From Candidatus Bathyarchaeota archaeon (GTDB lineage: Archaea > Thermoproteota > CALKCG01 > B24 > DRYS01), in contig JAGTQC010000005.1 in assembly GCA_018396535.1 (NCBI GenBank), positions 94,523-158,522 of the forward strand: 64,000 nucleotides of DNA, in the 5' to 3' direction. Under the pieces are notes generated by a model. That model saw only the letters and a program-made list of their open reading frames with translations, was not told the DNA's origin and searched no databases. Shown piece after piece: positions 10,113 to 18,790 of this stretch; position 1 is the stretch's first letter, and every line of letters begins with the position of its first letter. Both the position numbers and the translations under genes were made by a program.

Positions 10113-12404
10113 CTACATCACATCTACATGACTAAAGAATATCCTTCTAGAATCTAGAATTCTAGCTGTTCCAACTATTTCAAATTTTCCTGTTAACCTT
10201 ATATCCTCAGAGGAGCTACCCACCATTACGGTATATACGCCAGGCTCTACCGTTAGCTTCATACGGCGATCGTAGAAAGCTAACTGCTCAGCCCAGAGCT
10301 TGAATCTAACAGTTTTAACCTCCCCTACATTCACTGGTATCCTCTTGAATCCCTTAAGCTCCTTAACAGGTCTAGATACGGATGGGGTATCCTTACGTAT
10401 ATACAGTTGTACAACCTCCTCTCCTAAACGTGTACCAGTATTCTCTATCCTAAGCTTCACTTCTACATAGCCGTTAGGCTGTATCCTAGATGGTGATATC
10501 TCTAGGTCTCTATAGCTAAAGCTAGTATAGCTTAAGCCGTGGCCGAACGGGTATAAGGGTTTAGCATCCATAGAGATATAGCTTCTGAACGATGACGGTC
10601 TCCTAGAATAGTAGACTGGTATCTGCCCAGTCTCCTTAGGTATAGATATCGGGAGTCTACCAGCCGGGTTGTAGTATCCGAAGAGTATATCCGCTATAGC
10701 GTTTCCCCCTTCCTCTCCTGGGAACCATGCTTCGATTATAGCTTGACACTTATCGACTATACGATCGAGTATAAGTGGTCTACCGTTAACCAATACTAGT
10801 ATGATAGGCTTACCTACGCTATGTAGTGCTTCTACAAATTCCTCCTGTACACCTGGAAGCCTTAGATCCACCCTATCATTCCCCTCACCGGATAAGCCTG
10901 AACCGAATAATCCAGATGTTTCACCTAGTACAGCTACCACTACATCGGATTTCTCAGCTATAGCTATAGCTTCATCAAACCCCTCCTTAGATGTACTCGA
11001 TACATCGCAGCCCATAGCATAGTATACGCTACATGAGGAGGGTACTCTACTCTTTATCCCATCTAGTACGCTCACTATCCTTACAGCATCTACCGCTGTA
11101 CGTACATGCACAGTGTAACTATAATCTCCTAGGAGGCATCTAGTCGAAGCCGCATTCGGACCTACCACTGCTATAGACCTGATATCTCTAGGTATCGGTA
11201 GTATACCATCGTTTTTAAGTAGGATTATAGATTCCCTCGCCACTTGGAGAGCTAGGCTTCTATCCTCCTCAGTATCGAATAGAGATGGAGCTCTATCCAC
11301 ATCTACATATGGATCTTCGAATAAGCCTAGAAGGAACTTTACCCTTAAAACCCTGGCTACAGCTATATCCACCAACTCCTCAGATACGAGCCCCTCACGT
11401 ACAGCTTGCAGTAGTGGATCCCCATAACATAGTCTATCTGGAAGCTCAACATCTATACCAGCTTCTAATGCCTGTATAGCTGCATCCCTCTCATCATAGG
11501 CTACAAGGTGGAAAGTCTTCAGCATTCTTATAGCTCCGTAATCGGATACGACGTATCCCTGAAACCCCCATTCACCTCTAAGTATATCTGTAAGTAGTTC
11601 ACGTGAAGCTGCACATGGTATACCATCTATATCATGGTATGCATTCATAAGCGATAATGCTCCAGCACATTTCACAGCAGCTTCGAAGGGGAACATGAAT
11701 ACCTCCCTTAATTCTCTAGGAGAAACATGTACTGGAGCTAGGTTCCTACCCCCCTCAGGAACACCGTGGGCTACGAAGTGTTTAGGTGTAGCTACAACCC
11801 CATACCTGATATCAGAGCCTTGTAGACCGCGTATGTAGGCTACACCTATAGATGCAGCTAGGTATGGATCCTCACCATAAGTCTCCTCAGTCCTACCCCA
11901 CCTAGGATCTCTCGCTATATCTAACACTGGTGCTAAACCTTGATGCGCTCCCACAGCCCTCATTTGTCTACGTATAACTTCAGCTACTCTCTCTACGAGT
12001 TGCGGATTCCAAGTACTAGCTAGGTTTATAGCCTGCGGGAAGCTGGTAGCGTTGAAAGCCATGAATCCTGCTAGACACTCCTCATGTACTATAGCTGGTA
12101 TACCTAGTCTAGTCTCTTCTCTTAGAAACCTCTGTATAGCATTCGCTACTTCAGCCGCCTCCCTAGGTGTTAAACCTATCCTACTACCTGAGACCCTAGT
12201 TATCTGTCCTACACCATGCTTGAGGAGCTCCCTAGCCTTCTCTACAGAAAACTTTCTCCCATCGAGTAGCTTAGAAACATCTACCGACGATAGCTGAGCT
12301 ATCTTCTCCTCAAGAGTCATCCTGGAGAGTAGATCCTTAACCCTATACTCTATAGGTAGATTCGGATCGAGGTATGGAGGTTTAGATGACTGTTGAGAAG
12401 ACAT
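10113..12404 (-). CDS. GH3 beta-glucosidase/beta-xylosidase
   Basis: MTLEEKIAQL, RDPRWGRTEETYGEDP, KHF, GYVVSDY, PAGRLPIS, PFGHGLSYT, Fn3-like C-terminus. Confidence 0.95.
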   Translation of the reverse strand: MSSQQSSKPPYLDPNLPIEYRVKDLLSRMTLEEKIAQLSSVDVSKLLDGRKFSVEKARELLKHGVGQITRVSGSRIGLTPREAAEVANAIQRFLREETRLGIPAIVHEECLAGFMAFNATSFPQAINLASTWNPQLVERVAEVIRRQMRAVGAHQGLAPVLDIARDPRWGRTEETYGEDPYLAASIGVAYIRGLQGSDIRYGVVATPKHFVAHGVPEGGRNLAPVHVSPRELREVFMFPFEAAVKCAGALSLMNAYHDIDGIPCAASRELLTDILRGEWGFQGYVVSDYGAIRMLKTFHLVAYDERDAAIQALEAGIDVELPDRLCYGDPLLQAVREGLVSEELVDIAVARVLRVKFLLGLFEDPYVDVDRAPSLFDTEEDRSLALQVARESIILLKNDGILPIPRDIRSIAVVGPNAASTRCLLGDYSYTVHVRTAVDAVRIVSVLDGIKSRVPSSCSVYYAMGCDVSSTSKEGFDEAIAIAEKSDVVVAVLGETSGLFGSGLSGEGNDRVDLRLPGVQEEFVEALHSVGKPIILVLVNGRPLILDRIVDKCQAIIEAWFPGEEGGNAIADILFGYYNPAGRLPISIPKETGQIPVYYSRRPSSFRSYISMDAKPLYPFGHGLSYTSFSYRDLEISPSRIQPNGYVEVKLRIENTGTRLGEEVVQLYIRKDTPSVSRPVKELKGFKRIPVNVGEVKTVRFKLWAEQLAFYDRRMKLTVEPGVYTVMVGSSSEDIRLTGKFEIVGTARILDSRRIFFSHVDVM

Positions 12405-12477
12405 TACGTTAAGATATCCGTTTAACAGTATATATAAGTCTAAGTCTAGTTATAGCTATCTACTGTATGATTATGAG

Positions 12478-12810
12478 ATGAGCTGTATAAAGGATAGTCT
12501 AGAAGTTGATGATCAAAGATACACGATGATGTATATCGAGCTAGAGAACTCCATACTAGTAGTGTTTAGTGAAGGTAATCCTAGACTCGGAACCCTAGCT
12601 GCTGCTACCGATATCGGTCTATCATCTATAATCCTCGGAGGTAGGAGTATACTTCTAGCTAAATCTCTTGCATTACTCCTCTTCCAAAGGTTTAGGATAC
12701 CAGTAATACTCTCCCTATACGTATCTGAAGGGGTTAATGAGAAGAGGATCCTCGATGTATTCCTAAAACTTCTAGATAGAGTTAGTAGGAGACGAGCTCA
12801 GATAGTGTAG
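12478..12810 (+). CDS. Small protein resembling proteasome assembly chaperone PAC3/PAC4 family
   Basis: Pattern ELENSILV...PRLGTLAAA...SSIILG...LAKSLA...PVILSLY recalls PSMG4-like proteins. Confidence 0.45.
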   Translation: MSCIKDSLEVDDQRYTMMYIELENSILVVFSEGNPRLGTLAAATDIGLSSIILGGRSILLAKSLALLLFQRFRIPVILSLYVSEGVNEKRILDVFLKLLDRVSRRRAQIV

Positions 12811-14053
12811 GGCTTCCTAGAACCTTCCTCGATGCCTCAGCTACCCTATCCCTAAACTCCCTGTATGTATATACTCTAACTATGTTCATAAACGATTTGA
12901 GTACAGAGACTAATTGTGAAGCTTCAGCTAACCTATACCTACTCACCCTCCCATCTAATTCTACTTTAAATACAGGTATCTGGTAGGCTTCGACATCCAT
13001 AGCGTATGCATACGGTACTGATGGAAGTGAGGGTGCATCTATAAATACCATAGATTGATCTACACCTGCTGTAGATGCTATCTCAGACTCAATCCTCATC
13101 CTAACAGACTCCTTAGCTAGGAGGGAAACTAGAAGCCTATCCTCTATGAAGTATAAGCGTTCGTACGCACACTTTAGAAGTCTTCGTGAAGCTATATCTT
13201 TGATAAACTTAGATGAATCCTTATTCTCTAGTAGTATCGACCACATCGTATAGTCATCTAAAGCTATATACTCCTCCACACTACTAAAGAATGGTATCCC
13301 CATATCCTCCGCAGCTAGCTCTATAGCTTTACCTAGCATTATCTGAACAGCTCTAGATACCTTATGGTAATATATAGTCCTAAACGATTGGATACGAGCT
13401 ATTAGAAATGATTCAAGAGTGGGTAGCGCTGTATAATCCACAGCTAGCTCTCCATCGATAATACCGAAGGTATATATCAACCTATAGATATCTATGGATC
13501 CATATCCAGCACCCGTATGGTAGGAGTCTCTTACTAGAAAGTCGAGTTTATCCGCATCTACCGCTCCATGTATAATCTGATTCATATAAGCCGGCATCTT
13601 TCTACATCTACCTACAGCGAGTAAGCCTATCTCTTCTGGGTTAAACCCGTAATTCTCTACAACATCTGCTATAGAAGTCTCCTTCACGATCTCTACAGTC
13701 ATATCCTCATGGGTTTTACCTAGAAACTTGTATAGTAGTGGTTCGAATACATGGGAGAATGGACCGTGACCTACATCATGTAGTAAGCCTGCTAATCTAA
13801 GTTTAACTATATCCTCCTCTGAGAGTTGTATAGGTAGATTCTGAGCGGCCAAACCAGCAAGATACATAACTCCTAGTGAATGTTCAAACCTAGTATGATT
13901 CGCAGCTGGGTATACATACTCCGCTCCACATAGCTGTTTTATACGTCTAAGTCTCTGAACAGCATCCTGATCTATGATATCCCTCTCAAACTCTGTTACC
14001 CTTACATACCCGTATATGGGGTCTTTAATGAATCCCCAGTACTTACTATACAA
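12782..14053 (-). CDS. HD-domain dNTP triphosphohydrolase (SAMHD1-like)
   Basis: DPIYG, QRLRRIKQL, HTRFEHSLG, LLHDVGHGPFSH, DADKLDFLVRD, IYYHK. Confidence 0.92.
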   Translation of the reverse strand: MYSKYWGFIKDPIYGYVRVTEFERDIIDQDAVQRLRRIKQLCGAEYVYPAANHTRFEHSLGVMYLAGLAAQNLPIQLSEEDIVKLRLAGLLHDVGHGPFSHVFEPLLYKFLGKTHEDMTVEIVKETSIADVVENYGFNPEEIGLLAVGRCRKMPAYMNQIIHGAVDADKLDFLVRDSYHTGAGYGSIDIYRLIYTFGIIDGELAVDYTALPTLESFLIARIQSFRTIYYHKVSRAVQIMLGKAIELAAEDMGIPFFSSVEEYIALDDYTMWSILLENKDSSKFIKDIASRRLLKCAYERLYFIEDRLLVSLLAKESVRMRIESEIASTAGVDQSMVFIDAPSLPSVPYAYAMDVEAYQIPVFKVELDGRVSRYRLAEASQLVSVLKSFMNIVRVYTYREFRDRVAEASRKVLGSPTLSELVSY

Positions 14054-14122
14054 GATCTAGACACCCTAACCCTATATATCTAGACGTTAGGTAAGTCATA
14101 TAAATGGGTTAAGGTGTAGGTT

Positions 14123-14980
14123 GTGAACGTAGATGCAGCTATACTTAACGATGTACTATCAAACTTAGAGCAGATAGTATCGAAGTATGAGTATTTTACA
14201 AGCGATGTAGCTGCTGAACTTAAGAGTATTTGTAGAGGCCTACATCCAGTAGTGGTTAGACGTATATATGTATCGGTTAGAGGGTTACTTACACCGAAAC
14301 CGAAGGTTTATAATGGTTTATTCATAGCCGTATCTGGTATCGATAAATCTGGTAAAGAGACGCAATGCTTTAATCCAAATCATCTAGAGGGTGTAGTATC
14401 GGTTAAAGACCTACTTAAAAACTATGGTTACCGTGTATACGCTGTAAGTTTACCAAGCTATAATACCGTTTTAGGCTCGCTTGTTGGAGCATACATAGGG
14501 AGGAGTGATACTAGGTATAGGATAGTATTGACTGGGAGGATAGATGATGATTTAGCTTGGATTTTGTGGAGCTTAGATAGGGGACAGTATGCTGAAAGAG
14601 TTTCGAAGATACTTCTAGATGGAGGCTCCGCTATACTAGCTAAGAGATGGACTGAGAGCAATCTTGCATATCAGGCTGCTAAAGGTATAGATCCGTCTAG
14701 GATACTACTCTTCGAGAGGAATATACCTCAACCGAGTTTAACTATAGTGATAGATATACCTGTAGAGGAGGTTCTACGTAGGGTTAAAGATCCAGATCTA
14801 TACGAGCGGAGTAGTAGATATCTAGATATGGTTCGTAAGATGTATTTCAAGCTGATAGAGGATGGATTAATAAGATCTACTATCATAGTTAACGGTCTAG
14901 GTAAGCCGGAGGATGTTAATCGAAGATTAATAGCGGTAATACGCCATGCTATACCTAGGAGACGAGTACAGGAGGGTTGA
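14123..14980 (+). CDS. tmk: Thymidylate kinase-like protein with N-terminal extension
   Basis: FIAVSGIDKSGKETQ P-loop, KRWTESNLAYQ, PSLTIVIDIP, DLYER. Confidence 0.75.
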   Translation: MNVDAAILNDVLSNLEQIVSKYEYFTSDVAAELKSICRGLHPVVVRRIYVSVRGLLTPKPKVYNGLFIAVSGIDKSGKETQCFNPNHLEGVVSVKDLLKNYGYRVYAVSLPSYNTVLGSLVGAYIGRSDTRYRIVLTGRIDDDLAWILWSLDRGQYAERVSKILLDGGSAILAKRWTESNLAYQAAKGIDPSRILLFERNIPQPSLTIVIDIPVEEVLRRVKDPDLYERSSRYLDMVRKMYFKLIEDGLIRSTIIVNGLGKPEDVNRRLIAVIRHAIPRRRVQEG

Positions 14981-15385
14981 GCTTGCTTAAAGCTTCGATA
15001 ACCTCTCGTATACTATTCATCCTAAATAACAAATTTAATGAGTATGATAGCTTATGCATTTATATATGAATCAATTCTTGAATAATAGTCTCTTAATTAA
15101 CTGTTTCATCTTCTCCTACTTTCTAGGCTTCTTCATCGAATCTGATAGTCTAAAGCCTAGAATAGTGGGAAGGTAGAGTAAAGAAGCGAAGGTAGTGTAG
15201 GGAAACAATATCTATGAACGCGACTATGGATCTTGGAAAGGATGTAGTTATGAAAATCGAAGGGAAGGGATGGGGGTACCTCACCCATAAGGATTGGCTA
15301 TGATTAGAATGTTATGGAAGCTTTAATAGAATTGAGGATTAGGAAACCCTTATATCCTCCTTAGATCACCTCTTCGTAGGGAGGT

Positions 15386-15664
15386 ATGAAAGTACCCACC
15401 TCTATAAACACCTACTGCCCTAAATGTAGAGCGAAGACTGAGCATAAGGTATCGATATATAGACGTGGTAAGGAGAGCTCTCTCAGAAAGGGTGCTAGGC
15501 ATCATGAATGGCAACTGCATGGGTATGGTGGACAGAAATTCCCTGAGCAGAGGAAGCATGCTAAAACTACTAAGAAACAGGTTATACTATTAAGTTGTGT
15601 TAAATGTGGTTATACTCTTCATCGTTTAGGTGTAAGACTTAGTAAGCTAGAGGTTAAACATTAG
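15386..15664 (+). CDS. rpl44e: 50S ribosomal protein L44e (eL42)
   Basis: TYCPKC..TEHKV, GYGGQKFP, AKTTKK, CVKCG. Confidence 0.96.
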   Translation: MKVPTSINTYCPKCRAKTEHKVSIYRRGKESSLRKGARHHEWQLHGYGGQKFPEQRKHAKTTKKQVILLSCVKCGYTLHRLGVRLSKLEVKH

Positions 15665-15710
15665 GTAGCATAAAGATTAATTAGTTTCGAGAATTACTAA
15701 TCTTTTAGCT

Positions 15711-15964
15711 ATGCCGAAAGCATTCGTCCTCATAAATGCTGAGATAGGGTATGAGAGTGAAGTATTGAAATCTTTGAAGAAGATAGAGAATGTGAAGGAA
15801 GCATATATGGTGTATGGTATATATGATATAATCGTTAGGGTAGAAAGGGGTTGTTAAACCCCCTATAAGCCGATAGTATGGAGAAGCTTAAGGAGATAGT
15901 TACGTGGAAGATAAGGAGATTAGAGCATGTTCAGAGTACTCTAACGATGATAGTCATAGAGTAG
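15711..15964 (+). CDS. Stand-alone Lrp/AsnC ligand-binding (RAM) domain protein, 76 aa after splicing; exons 15711-15845 and 15869-15964
   Basis: Exon 1 MPKAFVLINAEIGYESEVLKSLKKIENVKEAYMVYGIYDIIVRVE plus exon 2 ADSMEKLKEIVTWKIRRLEHVQSTLTMIVIE gives an uninterrupted AsnC C-terminal domain (VYG.YDII..VE...L...IR.L..V.ST.T.IV). Confidence 0.9.
15846..15868 (+). other. Putative 23-nt bulge-helix-bulge (tRNA-type) intron in an mRNA
   Basis: GG-GUAG-[AA^A]-GGGGUU-GUUA-AACCCC-CUAU-[AA^G]-CC; cuts at the canonical bulge positions give GUA GAA GCC GAU in frame. Confidence 0.85.
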
Positions 15965-15975
15965 ACGTAGAATCT

Positions 15976-16602
15976 CTAGATACCATGTAGTCTAATCTTA
16001 AACGCTGAGAGGATAAGTCTTAGAAGTGTAGAGGATACTACAGGTATACTAGATTCATCTACGAACGATGCTATCAGACCTACAGCATCGATTTTTTTAA
16101 TCCTAGCTAAGCCTACTATCAACCCTGAAAGACCTTCAACTCTACTTCTAGAGATAGTCTTAACATTGTATCCCTTGAATATGTCTAGGAGATTTCTCCT
16201 AGAAGCGAATGCTAGTATATCCTCGCTACTCGATTTAATCCCATCCAACGCTACTACGAGTCTGCATCTATATCTACGTGTATAGTCTAGTATAAGACCT
16301 GCTATCTCATAGTATGGTTCTGGGCTGACCGGGCTAGGTTGAACCCTAGCTTCAACTAGTATAATCCTAGGATCTGAATCCGATATATAGTACCATTCAT
16401 AGCTGTTCAGTTTAGCTAAACCTAGCTCATCTATATCTGTATAATCTGGATTATAGGGAGTATACATGTGAGCGAATAACGCTCCTCCAGCTATAGACCT
16501 CATTTTCCTAAGAGTTAAATATCCAACCTCCCCCACCCCTACCAATAGTATAGATGGTTCGATACCTTCTTCACGGATGATTCTTAAACTCGTCTTCAAC
16601 AT
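15976..16602 (-). CDS. PAC2 family (proteasome assembly chaperone-like) protein
   Basis: GVGEVGYL, ARVQP...YYEIA..ILD, VALDG, GLSGLIVGLA..K.IDAVGL. Confidence 0.7.
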   Translation of the reverse strand: MLKTSLRIIREEGIEPSILLVGVGEVGYLTLRKMRSIAGGALFAHMYTPYNPDYTDIDELGLAKLNSYEWYYISDSDPRIILVEARVQPSPVSPEPYYEIAGLILDYTRRYRCRLVVALDGIKSSSEDILAFASRRNLLDIFKGYNVKTISRSRVEGLSGLIVGLARIKKIDAVGLIASFVDESSIPVVSSTLLRLILSAFKIRLHGI

Positions 16603-16769
16603 GGCTTGATAGTTACGAGTAGTATCTAATAATGTGATATAAATTTAACCTGTTTCTCATGGAGTATACGATCTATATCCATCGCATAGTGTTGCAGTAT
16701 GATACGTACAATTCTATTCGATTATATTTATTAGCTGAACAGGCTTAGCATCCTTATGGGTGTTATGCA

Positions 16770-18776
16770 TTGGTATTCATCTTTGGTGTAGACTATTATC
16801 CTGAGCATTGGCCTAGGAGTAGATGGGATATCGATGCCGAGCTTATGTCTGAGTTATGCTTTAACACCGTACGTCTAGCAGAGTTTTCTTGGAGTAGGAT
16901 AGAGCCTAGGGATGGTGTATATGATTTCGGATGGTTAGATGAAGCTATCGATATACTAGCTAAGAAGGGTATAAGGGTTATACTAGGTACTCCTACCGCA
17001 GCTCCTCCACCATGGCTTATAAGAAAGTATCCAGATATCCTACGTATAGATCCTAACGGTATTAGAGCTCCCGCTGGGACTAGGAGGAATTACTGTCCGA
17101 ATAATCCAAACTATATAATGCATACTAAGAGGATAGTCGAGAGGATGGCTTCGCACTATAAGGATAACCCTCATATCATCGGCTGGCAGATAGATAATGA
17201 ATTCGGGATAGATCCATGCTACTGTGATAACTGTATAGAAGCTTTTAGAAGCTGGTTGAGGGAGAAGTATCGGGATATAGATTTACTGAATAAGTTTTGG
17301 GGCTCCATATTTTGGAGTCAGGAGTATAGGGATTGGGGTGAGATACAGCCACCTAAGCCTCCTTTGGATATGCAGAATCCTAGTCTATGCCTTGATTGGC
17401 ATAGATTCATGAATGATTCATGGGTGAGCTACCAGAAAATACAGGTGAATATTATCCGTAGGATCGCACCCCATCATATAGTCACGCATAATCTTATGGG
17501 GTTGTATAAGGAGCTCGACTACTTTAAACTAGCTGAACCGCTGGATGTAGTCTCGTTCGATTACTATCCTAAGCGTAGTCTAACCGTAGACTATGCGAGG
17601 GGGGCTATGGCTCACGATGTTATGCGTAGTTTAAAGAAGAAGGGTTACTGGGTTATGGAGCTTCAAAGTGGAGCTATAAAAGCTCCTATGGCTCCTATAC
17701 CTAAACCTGGTGAGATAAGGCTTTGGACTTTCCAATCGGTGGCAAGGGGGGCTGATGGAATACTATACTTTAGATGGAGATCTTGTAGGTTTGGAGCTGA
17801 AGAGTATTGGCACGGTATCTTAGATCATGATGGTATTCCTAGAAGGAGGTTCTCAGAGGTTAAGAAGGTATCGGAGGATCTTAGGAAGGTGGCTCCGTAT
17901 ATAGAGGGCACGATAGTTAAGCCTGAGATAGCCTTCACCCTAGTCTACGATAGCATCTGGGCTTGGGATCTAGAATTAACTTATGGTGGAAGAAATTATT
18001 ATGGTCTAGGCTCATGGGATCCAGCTCTGGATGTATATAGAGCGTTATACTCTAGGAATCTACCAGTGGATTTTGTCAACCCATATAGAGATGATCTATC
18101 TAGGTATAGGATCGTCTTCGCACCCCCACTCATCCTTATGGATAAGCATATAGAGGATCGTTTAAGAAGCTATGTCAGTGATGGGGGTATACTAGTAGCG
18201 GTACCTAGAACCGGGGTGAAGGATTGGAATAACGTTATAGTCGATTCTACACTACCAGGTGGTTTATCTGATGTATTCGGTATAAATCTGGAGGAGTATA
18301 CTGGTCTACCAGATGAGAGTAGAGTATACGTAGAGATGGATGAAGCTATCTTCGGTAAGAAGGTGGTGGGATCGGGTAGGTGCTGGGCTGAGATGTTAGC
18401 ATCTAGGGGAGCTGATATTATCGCATACTATAGATCCGGTATATATGATGGAAGGCCTGCTATAGCTATGAATAGGTATGGTAGAGGTATCGCCATATAT
18501 ATCGGATCGTTTCTAGATACGAGTAGCTATATACCGCTGATAGATTGGTTGATTAGGATAGCTGATGTTAAGCCTATTCTACACCCGCTAGATGGGGTTG
18601 AAGCTATCGAGAGGATAGGTTCTGAAGGTAGGGTTGTATTCGTGTTAAACTATAATGAAAACTCGGTTAGCATACATCTAGAGGAGGAGTATCTAGATAT
18701 TTTAGCCGGAGGAAGTGTTCGTGGAGATATAGGGGTCGACGGGTTGGATGTTAAGATACTTAGATCATCGAGTTAA
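16770..18776 (+). CDS. GH42 beta-galactosidase
   Basis: GVDYYPEHW, RLAEFSWS.IEP, LGTPTAAPP, WQIDNE, WVMELQ, YFRWR, GAEEYWHG. Confidence 0.95.
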   Translation: MVFIFGVDYYPEHWPRSRWDIDAELMSELCFNTVRLAEFSWSRIEPRDGVYDFGWLDEAIDILAKKGIRVILGTPTAAPPPWLIRKYPDILRIDPNGIRAPAGTRRNYCPNNPNYIMHTKRIVERMASHYKDNPHIIGWQIDNEFGIDPCYCDNCIEAFRSWLREKYRDIDLLNKFWGSIFWSQEYRDWGEIQPPKPPLDMQNPSLCLDWHRFMNDSWVSYQKIQVNIIRRIAPHHIVTHNLMGLYKELDYFKLAEPLDVVSFDYYPKRSLTVDYARGAMAHDVMRSLKKKGYWVMELQSGAIKAPMAPIPKPGEIRLWTFQSVARGADGILYFRWRSCRFGAEEYWHGILDHDGIPRRRFSEVKKVSEDLRKVAPYIEGTIVKPEIAFTLVYDSIWAWDLELTYGGRNYYGLGSWDPALDVYRALYSRNLPVDFVNPYRDDLSRYRIVFAPPLILMDKHIEDRLRSYVSDGGILVAVPRTGVKDWNNVIVDSTLPGGLSDVFGINLEEYTGLPDESRVYVEMDEAIFGKKVVGSGRCWAEMLASRGADIIAYYRSGIYDGRPAIAMNRYGRGIAIYIGSFLDTSSYIPLIDWLIRIADVKPILHPLDGVEAIERIGSEGRVVFVLNYNENSVSIHLEEEYLDILAGGSVRGDIGVDGLDVKILRSSS

Positions 18777-18790
18777 ACCCAACCCCTCAT

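Noticed and set aside
14368-14410. In-frame intron as the source of the Tmk insert
   Set aside because: An 8-bp stem is present but lacks the 4-bp helix with two 3-nt bulges
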